20,000 nt of DNA from Microthyrium microscopicum. Its lineage: Eukaryota. This document shows positions 11,221 to 20,000 of this stretch, piece by piece (the first letter of the stretch is position 1; each line of letters starts with the position of its first letter). The stretch is taken from positions 1,978,645 through 1,998,644 of the forward strand of contig MU004231.1 in the NCBI GenBank assembly GCA_010405405.1, read 5' to 3'. The position numbers and the translations under genes were made by a program. The notes beneath the pieces are model-generated. The model saw nothing but the letters and a program-made list of their open reading frames with translations. It searched no databases and had not been told where the DNA came from.

Positions 11221-11654
11221 TCAGTATCCGCTTTGCATGGCATCTTTACGCTTCTCCTTGTAGCCACTTTGCATGGCATCTTTACGCTTCTCCTTGTAGC
11301 CACTTTGCATGGCATCTTTGCGCTTCTCTTTGTAGCCACTTTGCATGGCATCTTTGCGCTTCTCTTTGTAACCACTTTGCATAGCATCCTTGCGCTTCTC
11401 CTTATAGCCACTTTGCATGGCGTCTTTGCGCTTCTCTTTGTAGCCGCTTTGCATGGCATCTTTGCGCTTTTCCTTTACAAAGTGCTCTGTCTGCATATAT
11501 GTCAGTATGCATGGTTCGTATGTCTGGACTTTCAACTTACGCCTTCACTTCTGACAGCCATCGGAGCTATTGTACTGATCGAAGAGACAGGGGCGGCACT
11601 AGCTGTCCAGGCTAGAGCAGCGGACAATACCAGAAGAAGATTGACTTGAACCAT
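11221..11654 (-). CDS. Secreted Kex2-processed repeat protein (KEP) / fungal peptide or RiPP precursor, 127 aa; exon 1 11654-11541, intron 11540-11491, exon 2 11490-11221
   Basis: Spliced protein: MVQVNLLLVLSAALAWTASA|APVSSISTIAPMAVRSEG-TEHFV-(KEKRKDAMQSGY)x7-stop. It has a hydrophobic signal peptide with an A-S-A cleavage motif. The 50-nt phase-0 intron has a GTAAGT donor, ACTGAC branch site and CAG acceptor. Every repeat has a KR dibasic site, and all differences between repeats are synonymous in this frame. Confidence 0.92.
11224..11475 (-). repeat. 36-bp x 7 coding tandem repeat (KEKRKDAMQSGY)
   Basis: Seven contiguous 36-bp units, consensus AAR GAR AAG CGY AAR GAY GCY ATG CAA AGY GGH TAY on the minus strand. 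Confidence 0.97.
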
Positions 11655-13171
11655 AATGAATCTGACTTAAAAATGGAATGAATAGTTTGTGGAATACCAA
11701 GATAAATACTGAATGAAATGTACAAGGCTGAAGGCGGTTGATGTCAATTAGTTCAAGAACATGGAGTCCGAGGATCTTAAGTAGGTACAAGTAGCACGCT
11801 ATGGCACATGGGACAAGGCCAGCTGCTTGGTGACAGGACCACCGATAAGTCCACTAGATATCACATCCACAGCGGTTAGAGAGTTCACATACGAGGCAGT
11901 AATCAATCAATCGGAATGAAAATGAACAATGGCGTCATGCGGTACCAACGGCTAACCAGACTACCGCCTTGAAGTGTGATATCAAGAGTTGAATCGCAGC
12001 CAAGGTCCCAAGTTCATGACTACCTATTGCACAGATCAAGAAACGCAGCAGAAAATTACTTTGGACTCTAAAGATGTGTCTCAAGAGACGCCGTGATTGT
12101 CTTGTTCTGCATGAAGAACTCGAAATAATTGGTGCAATACGAACGCGATTCGTGAATGATGGACTAGAATGTTGCCACAAGACCAGGCTCAAGGTGATAT
12201 CGAGCCAGGCACAGCATGGCTTGCAGAGGATCGCACGTTGAATTCGTGGACTCTACAAATCAGGGCGTTCCATTGGCCTGACTGGCCTACAAAATTGCTC
12301 CATGTCAAAGAAAAGTGTACATTTCCACGCACCTTCCAAGGAGCTTTGGCCAGATATCAAGCATCGCGGAAGCCGGAAGGCCAATGCGTGCGCCCTGACC
12401 TGATGTTAGCCGAGGTGGCCGAATTGTGATTCGTTACCAGCCTTCAAAAAGTCGAGAAACTACGAAATTTGCTTAGAAAAAGATGGAGAGTGGTGATCAA
12501 ATGGACAATGTGGCGGCAGGGAGGTTGTGAAGAAGCTGGAAGCATCACAGCCAAAGCGCAACAAGGCTGCATGTGTTCCCTAACCATCAACAAGTCGCAA
12601 GCTCCCATGGCCAGCCTCACAGCAGTCCGATTTGCGGTCTTGAAACTCTGACTGGTGGACAGATCCTGGAATCGGGTCATCATTGGCCATGTCATGAATG
12701 TCAAATCTTAGCGTCCTGCAGGCTAGACCTGTGCCTTGCCGCGACTTGGATGCGTTCGCATACAGGCTCTGAAAGTAGAGCCTCCCTGAACACGCGCACA
12801 TGCAGTCTTTCATTGATTTCGTGATTGCCGATGTGCATCGTGAGTATGCATACGCGCTTACTCATCATCAGGTGAATGTCGTGAAAATGATCACAATCAC
12901 ATCCAGGATTCTTGGATGCGCTCGCCTTCCAGCCACGGAGACACTAGGGAAAGATGTGGATGAGCAAGCCATTTTTTACGCCGGAAGACGGCCACCAATT
13001 TCCACCAAGTGGGCCACGATGGCAGCTGGTAATCGGCCCGCGACGACGGGACATGCCTTCAGCCTACGGGAGCTCGAGTTGCAAAGGAGCTTTGACGAAG
13101 GCAAACGTCAACTTAGAGAGTGCTCGCCGATCAAAGCTCGAGGTCAGCCTTGCGTTCATCACAGTGTTGGC

Positions 13172-13360
13172 ACTCGAGTTAGTATAGTCGAGTACTAGTA
13201 CTAGTACGGCTAGTATAGAATTATTTTAATACTTACTCAACTAGACTAGTCCAATCAAGATCCAGGACTAGTACTAGTACTATACTAGTCTAGAAATATA
13301 TAATAAATACTCTACTAGTACTCAAATACTAGTACTAGTATTACTAGTATACTAGTACTA
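13172..13360. repeat. Cluster of short palindromic TACTAGTA/AGTACT-type repeats, likely RIP-mutated subterminal repeats of the transposon
   Basis: Many overlapping copies of agtactagtac / tactagta lie immediately inside the GC-to-AT transition. Confidence 0.6.
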
Positions 13361-14806
13361 GTTTTATATATAGATTAGGGTTAATATTATAGGGTTATTT
13401 TTATATTATTTAATTCGGAATTTTACGTAGATTACAATGGTATTATTAGTTTTTTAATAGCTAGTCTTATTCTATAGTTATTATACTTTAAACATAAAGT
13501 TATTTAATTATATTATATTTTTAAAGGTTATTTAGTTATATAGTACTTAATATTATAAATTACTTAATAATATTTTAGATTTAGGGTTCTAGATTTATAA
13601 TACATACGAAACTATAAAAATTAGACCTAAATATACTAATAATTAGTTTAAATACTAATAATTAGAAGTTAAGAGTATAAAACAATTAAGAAAAAGAGAT
13701 AAATCTTAAAAATTTATATAAATAACTTAATAGTAGTAGATTTTAAGATAAATATATAAATTATTATATATTTAGATTCATTAAAGTATAAGGAAAACAG
13801 CCCTAGAGTTAGTTTTTTAATAAGTCGCTTATATACTAATATATAGTAGTATTTAAGAGTTTTTAATAAATATATTAATAAAAGTTTAAGGTTTATATTT
13901 TAATACTAGATAAATAAGGAGTATTATAGGTTATTAAAGATCTTATATATATATTAGTATTATATATATACTATAATCTAGATTTAAGATCTTATCTAAG
14001 CTTAATAAAGATAAAAAATAATAATAAAGATAATAATTAATAATAATAATATTCTAAAAAGAAATTATATTTAAGACTTTAAACCTATATTATAGTAAAG
14101 ACCTTAGTAGTAAGTATATATTAGTCTCAACTATATTATATAAATATACTAAAATAGCTATATAATCTTAAATCTAAGATTATATTTAAGATTTATAAAA
14201 TAAGAATTTAAAATATATATCTTTTAAATAATTATTTTATAACTTAAATATAAGTAGCTACATAGTAGTAATATATATAAATATATATACTAAAATATTC
14301 TAGATTTTACGATCTATCTAATGCTATAGGTCTCAAAGCTTATTCAAGTCTAGTTTTAATACTATTACTAATAATACTATTTTATTTTTAATAATTATAA
14401 TTTACTTAATAAGCTAGAATAAGGGTTTTGCTATAGTATACCTAAAGTAAAAGGTATAACTATTATAATTATCTATATTTTAATTTATTTTATAGTATAC
14501 TAACTACTAATACCTATATTTAAGTAATAAAATTCTATATATTCTTAAAATCTTTATTTATTTATATTATATTTAATTCTTTTATTCTACTCTTTATAAT
14601 ATACTATTAACGTCTAATTTCTATATAAATTCTAATGCTACTAACCTTATATCCTATAAACTACTATCTAACCCTTTATTCTAATTTAAATAGTCTACTT
14701 TCATTTAATACAAATACTTATTTTAAGTTAAAACAACATTTTTTTATTTCTTTTATTTAAATACAATCCTAACTCTACTAACGCCTAAATAACAAATATA
14801 AACAAT

Positions 14807-17152
14807 TTAACTCCTCTAATAATTACTTTCCTCCTCGCTATCACTATCACTATCACTACTATCCTCTTCTAGTAAATATAATAAAGACTTTTATAGCTCT
14901 TTAATACTAGGCATTTGCCAGTTTTTTAACTAAATAATCCATTTAGAAGTTTCAGCTAAAAGCTTATTTCTATCATTAGAAATAATATTACCGCCAATAC
15001 TAAATATACTTTCAGCACTAGCTAAAGTAACAGGTATTATTAAGTATTTCTTAGCTAAGTAAAATAAAACAAGAAATTCTATTTGTTTTATATTCCAGTA
15101 TTTTAAAAGAGATATTTTAGGATCAGTAACGTGTACTTCTCTTAAATAACGAACAAATTCCTCTTCTATAGGAGTATTCTCACTAATTAGAATAAAAAAC
15201 TCGTTTTATTATTTATTTAGAATAATAATAAGAATATTACTATTTTAAGTACCTAAAGAACTAGGATTTAGCTTTCTAAAAGCTATATAATACTCGTCTT
15301 CAAATAGTTTAGATATATTACTTAGAATATCATCGTAGTAATATAATATACTATAAGGCATATTTTTAAAATACTTTGTTTTATATCTAGGATCTAGAAT
15401 TAATACTAGAATAAAAGGTTTTAACTTTTTTACCTATTCTAGATTATAAATCTTACAAAGATAGTACTCTTCTAGCTTTTTAATACCTACTTTTATAGCT
15501 TTAACAAAGTATTTACGCTCTAGATAATTAGCTAATAAAATAGATCTAACAGACATTAAAAATTCAAGCATCTTTTCTTCTAATTTATTAAATAAAGAAT
15601 AAATATATAAAAGCGTTCAATTTAATATAGTATAAATTTGCCCTTATAGAGTAACTATAGGTACATCAAAAAACTTAAGAATATCTTTTAAATTCTTTAG
15701 TACTAACTAATTAGCTTTATTAAAAGTAAACTTCTTTTTAAAGTTTTTATCCTTAGTATTTATAAAGACATATTCAACGCATAATTTAAGCTTAAAAAGA
15801 CACTCTAAAGTATAATACATAGAGTTCCATCTAGTATTATTATCTATAGGTACTTTAGTAATTTATACCTCTTTAGGAATTAATCCTTATTCAAGATAAA
15901 GCTTTCTAGATAATTCAAAGTTTTTTTAATATTCTATCTCGTATTTAATACCCTTTACTACTCTTTTAAGTCTACCTATAAGACTTTTAGAAGCTATATT
16001 ATCTAGAATAGCTTCTAGTTCAGCTAGTATAGTATTTACATTAATAAGAGTAGCTCTTTCTCTAGCAGATTTTATTTCTTTATCATAATTAACTAAAAAT
16101 ACTCTTAAAACAGTTTTAGCAACTAGATTAATTATATGCGCAACACATCAAATATCATAGAAATCTACAGTAGAGCCCTATAGTTCTTTTTCAGCTTTTA
16201 GCTATTCAATAAGTATAGTATTATTACTAGCGTTATCTCACAAAAAACTAATAATATTATTAAGACTTAAATCAAAAGACTTAATAATTCTATCAAATAC
16301 ACTATAAAGATAAATACTAGTATAATTAGAAGTTAATCTTTCAAATCCTAATAGCCTATACTATATTTTACAATCTTTACTAATATAAACTACTATAACA
16401 CCTAAAAAGGCATACTAATTAGAACTACTAGTCCAAGCATCTAGCGCAATTACAAAATAATCATTTCTAGACACTACAGCTTTTAATTCACGCTTTAGCT
16501 TCTCTTTAGCAGTATCATAAATAGAATATAGTAAATTCCTTATATTTTTACAATTAATTATAGGACTATAACAATTATAATACTTTAGTAGTTCTTTAAA
16601 AGAATTAGAACTATAAGCATTAAAAGAAAGGTTATTTTCAACTATAAATTTTACTATTAAGTGCATAGCACCTTCGTTAGTAAATTCCTAATTAGTATTA
16701 GCTCTTACTCGTTTATTACTAGTTATAGCTATAAAAAAAGGGGTATTATTACCTTTAGATTTAATTCTAGCGCGATATTTCCTAATAGTCTCTTTATTAG
16801 TTTCATCGTTCTTATTTAAAGTAACCATTTTATAGGCTGCTTTATAGTATTTAATAAAGTTAGAGGTTTAAAAACCTTCTAATTTAACTATAAGACTATA
16901 GGAACAAAGAGTATATCTAACTCTAACTTCTCTATGCTTAGTAACATCAATAGGAAGTAGTTCTCTAATAAATAGCCCATTAGAAAGAGCATAAGCTTTA
17001 GAATTTCTATCATTTAATTAAAAGTGCTATTTATTATACTTATAATAAGCATAACTAACATTACTAAAGATATTAGACGCACTATCTCCAGGCACTATAG
17101 AATTAGCATTTAATACTTAGCTAGCTCCTAGCATATTATTACTATCCATCAT
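14807..17152 (-). pseudogene. RIP-inactivated hAT transposase (~780 codons)
   Basis: Minus-strand translation gives ordered hAT motifs: a degenerate BED finger (Y[C]TLC...SNFIKY[H]YKAAY[H]), FIVENNLSFN, ALDAWTS (catalytic D), DNASNN, CVAHIINL (CxxH), NTRWNSMY, ILDPRYK, the C-terminal dimerisation domain LKYW...LAKKYLIIPVTLASAESIFSIGGNIISNDRNKL, and an acidic SDSDSDSEEE tail. Many premature stops are present. Confidence 0.92.
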
Positions 17153-17533
17153 TTTAAAGAATAGTAAACTTCTAAAAGAAAGAAATCTATAGAATAATAC
17201 TTAAAGCTAGATAAGCAAAAGTAAAGAGACAGTTCTTATTATTTATATTAATAGATAGATAGTATAAAATAACTAGTCTTAAATACCAAAACTAAGTATA
17301 GCAAAAAATAAATAAGAAAATATTTTTTTTTAATTTTAGAGATTTTAAAGATTTTTAGATATTTTTTTAGATATAAGTAAATCTAATAGCAAAATTACTA
17401 GAACAAGAGTAAACTAGATACAAGATAAATAATCAAAGTAAATAGAAAAGCTATAAAGCTATAATTGAAATAAAAGCTTAAAAAAATACTAGAAAAATAG
17501 TAAATAATCTAAATATTCTAATAGTAGAATTAG

Positions 17534-17824
17534 CTAAATAAACTAATACTAAAGAACAAGAGCAAATAAAAGCTAGAGGCTATAAAAGCTAATCCTAAGA
17601 ATAGAATAGTATAGAAATATATTATATAGCAATAGCTTTTATATAAAAAAACACTTAAAAAGTAGTTTCTAACTAGAATTTCTAGTAAAATACTAACTAA
17701 ATAAACTAATGCTAAAGAGCAAAAGCAAATAAAAGCTAGAGGCTATAAAAGCCTAACCCAAAAAGGGAATAGTATAGAAATATATTATATAGCAATAGCT
17801 TTTATATAAAAAAACACTTAAAAA
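17534..17824. repeat. Imperfect direct repeat, ~128-bp units at 17534-17661 and 17697-17824
   Basis: Both copies read ctaaataaactaat.ctaaaga..caa.agcaaataaaagctagaggctataaaagc...gaatagtatagaaatatattatatagcaatagcttttatataaaaaaacacttaaaa. Differences are mostly G/A and C/T transitions. Confidence 0.85.
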
Positions 17825-18631
17825 AAAAAGTAAAAAAGTCAAAAAATATAAATACTATATAGTAAGTATAAAAACAAGATTTAGGTAGTAAGAAGAAGTA
17901 GACTAGCTACAAATAATACAGAGAGTAACAGCTATAGATAGCAGTCTAGCTCACAGGGGGGGGGAATGTCTAAAAAACCAAGAATTCTAAGTAAAATCCG
18001 CCTCTATAAGTATACACACAACGCTAGATTAACACATACTAATCACCATCATATTCAGCAGGTTTAGAGCTACCAAACGCCATTAAGATTACCTCTTTTA
18101 GGCCAGTATTGCAAAAGTTATAGGTAATAATAATAAGGAGTAATATTAAAACTATAAAACAGTCTATTATAATAGAGTAAACGCATAGTAATAAACACAG
18201 TTTCAAGAGGCTAGACCCCATAAAACAACGCTAAACAGGAGTATAAACACCAAGAGTTTTAATAGTAAATACATTATTAACCCTTTTAATAATACCATTT
18301 ATATAGCTTGTTTACTTTATAACAATATTACCCCTTATTATTATTATACATAACTTTCGTAATACTAGCCCAAAATAGGTAATCTTTACGGCGTTTAGAA
18401 GCGCTAAACCTACTAAATACAATAGTACTATTTAGGTCTTCATCACGAGTCGTTATTATATATATATCCTTCAGTTACCCACAAAGAACTTACTTTTCAA
18501 CAATCCACCCATCACTTCTACTTTCCTATTAAGGACTACATTTCAGTAGTATCTAGAAGTAGCCTTAGAGGCTATTTCTACTTATCTTTTACTTTATTCT
18601 ATACAATATCTCTTAGTAAGAATTCTTTTTC

Positions 18632-18655
18632 TTTTTTTTTTTTTTTTTTTTTTTT
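18632..18655. repeat. Poly(T) tract, 24 nt
   Basis: Read directly. Confidence 0.9.
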
Positions 18656-18777
18656 ACTTATTAACTTTCTAGTCTCTATACCCAATCTAGTATACTTTTA
18701 TACTAGTTTTTAGTACTATTTAAATTAGTAAATTCTTCTCTATTAAATAGTATAGCTTTTATATTTTTATTAACCTC

Positions 18778-19788
18778 ATAGCGTAAGTTATCCATTCCTT
18801 TTTAACTTTTTTTTTTTTTACTTATTATTTATTATAGAGACGTAGCAACCGCTAGATATTTCAAAAGTAAGTCCCCCCTACTCCTCATTATAGCCTCAAC
18901 TAATTTATATTTTTTTATAGAGCTTTCCCTCAACAATTCCCATATCAAACTACAAAGATTCTTAAATAAATTCTTAGGTTACAAAAACGCCCTTTTATCC
19001 AAAAATAAATTAAACTATAATTCTTAGATACTACAACGTAAATAGGCAGGAAATCAGGAATTTAGATATATTATTTATATTCACCAAGAGTATAATCTAC
19101 GACGTGTATATCTCAATTTCTTACCCCTTTTAAAAGGAAGAAACGTTAAATCTTTTATAGTTTATTTCGTCTTAGAAATTAGGCAAGTTGATTACAAAGC
19201 TATATTCTTACATAATAGTAAGGAAACTACTATTCCTATTACTTACAAGCCTATTGCTATCTAGTCTTCTCGTAGTTCTAAAATAGAACTATCTTTACCT
19301 AAATTGATAATTAACTAGAAAGGTCTCAAAGCTAATTAGTCAGAAGCTACTTTTAAACCAGATCCTATAACACCTAGGTAAGCCCTTTATACTTCTTTTT
19401 ATTTAAATTATATACTAACTCTTTATAGTGGTAAAGATTATATACAAAAAGTATATAAATCTAACCCAAAATAGAATTCTAAGCTAAATGCTTCTCACGC
19501 TACAGAACGTTAAATTAAGCATTAAAAGCTACTAAATAACTATGCCCTAGCGAAGAAGGAACGAGTAGCTAAACAGAAGCTAAAGCATCTTCTTTAGAAG
19601 GTTAATAATATTACTTTTATTTACTTTATTTTACTAATTTTTAATAGAAACTAAAGCTTAAAAAAGCTATAGATTCACAAGAATCTAGCCCTACCCCTAG
19701 TACTACTTCTAATTCTACGTACATAGATAACGCTAGTATTAATACTTCTAATCTAGATATAGATTACGACCCAGATCGTTTCTTTTAG
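18778..19788 (+). pseudogene. RIP-inactivated five-exon gene of unknown function (~267 aa); exons 18778-18782, 18838-18866, 18921-19377, 19429-19600, 19648-19788
   Basis: Four 47-55-nt introns have GTAAGT/GTAAGT/GTAAGC/GTTAAT donors and TAG acceptors, and introns 2-4 have ACTAAY branch sites. Intron phases join into one continuous frame: [M]ADVATARYFKKLSLNNSHIKLQRFLNKF...DIDYDPDRFF*. The start appears as ATA (ATG after RIP). The 151-codon exon 3 has only five stops, all TAG. Confidence 0.7.
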
Positions 19789-20000
19789 TTAAATTTCTAT
19801 ATTTTTTCATTAAAGTTAGGATTTCCTTACAAAATTGCTTACATAATTAAAAAAAAATATCTACTATCTTCTAGAGCTAAATTTTCTTATTTAAACGCTA
19901 TATTTATTATATCTTAACTCTTAGTATTACCTATAGTATTTAATAAATAAGTTTTTTTAAAATTAATAATAAATATAAAAAATAAGAAGTAAATAAGAAA

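Larger units (their letters stand above)
13162..20000. mobile_element. AT-rich, RIP-degenerated transposon block containing a hAT-superfamily DNA transposon; right boundary not seen in window
   Basis: There is an abrupt drop in GC at ~13,190, with strong TpA excess and CpA/TpG depletion (RIP signature). A hAT transposase remnant lies at 14807-17152. A CAGTGTTGG start at 13162 is followed by subterminal repeats. Whether the whole block is one element is uncertain. Confidence 0.75.

Noticed and set aside
11224..11475. 36-bp periodic repeat as a CRISPR array
   Set aside because: The units are contiguous with no unique spacers, they are protein-coding, and the DNA is eukaryotic with introns and no cas genes.
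11146..11649. 167-aa plus-strand ORF with hydrophobic repeats (ATLHGIFALLFV), superficially a membrane protein; also the 11172-11459 minus-frame MPCKVATKRSAK ORF
   Set aside because: These are antisense/alternative-frame shadows of the KEP repeat. Repeat variation is nonsynonymous in these frames but entirely synonymous in the KEKRKDAMQSGY frame, which also has a signal-peptide exon and canonical intron.
11221..11654. Alpha-factor-like mating pheromone precursor (ppg1/ccg-4 type)
   Set aside because: The architecture is similar, but filamentous ascomycete alpha-type pheromones typically contain Trp and two Cys around a G-x-P/G-Q-x turn with multiple X-A/X-P spacers. This peptide has no Cys or Trp. 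It is not fully excluded for a divergent lineage.
11700..13198. Short ORFs upstream of the KEP gene as a DUF3328/UstYa oxidase or other tailoring enzyme
   Set aside because: There is no HxxHC motif, TM anchor or recognisable domain. The ORFs overlap on both strands, several use non-ATG starts, and I found no convincing splice structure.
13400..14750. Possible further degenerate gene in the most AT-rich stretch
   Set aside because: It is too mutated, and I could not recover a supported frame or motif by eye.
16415..16666. 83-aa ORF as an independent small gene
   Set aside because: It is a stop-free fragment of the hAT transposase pseudogene (FIVENNLSFN...ALDAWTS).
13190..20000. AT-rich block as a mitochondrial insertion (NUMT), contaminant or alternative-genetic-code DNA
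   Set aside because: The TpA excess with CpA/TpG depletion, stop-riddled hAT transposase and spliceosomal introns fit RIP-mutated nuclear repeats. No mitochondrial genes are recognisable.

Overview
Fungal (filamentous ascomycete-type) genomic DNA in two compartments. Bases 1 to ~13,160 are GC-balanced and genic. They hold (i) the 5' part of a minus-strand gene with a fungal N-terminal/HeLo-like helical domain, (ii) three tandem paralogous two-exon genes for DUF3176-type multi-pass membrane proteins with large Cys-containing, sequon-rich ectodomains, all sharing one phase-2 intron, and (iii) convergent with them, a two-exon gene that the ORF track shows only in part. That gene encodes a 127-aa secreted Kex2-processed repeat protein (KEP): a signal peptide plus 7 identical KEKRKDAMQSGY units whose DNA differs only at synonymous sites. 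No DUF3328/UstYa or other RiPP tailoring gene is visible in the window. From ~13,160 to the end the DNA is extremely AT-rich and RIP-mutated. It contains a dead hAT transposase, a candidate hAT terminus with subterminal repeats, and a RIP-killed five-exon gene of unknown function. The main hypothesis (inference only) is that the KEP and the DUF3176 array form an undescribed secreted-peptide/membrane-receptor (or processing/immunity) module.
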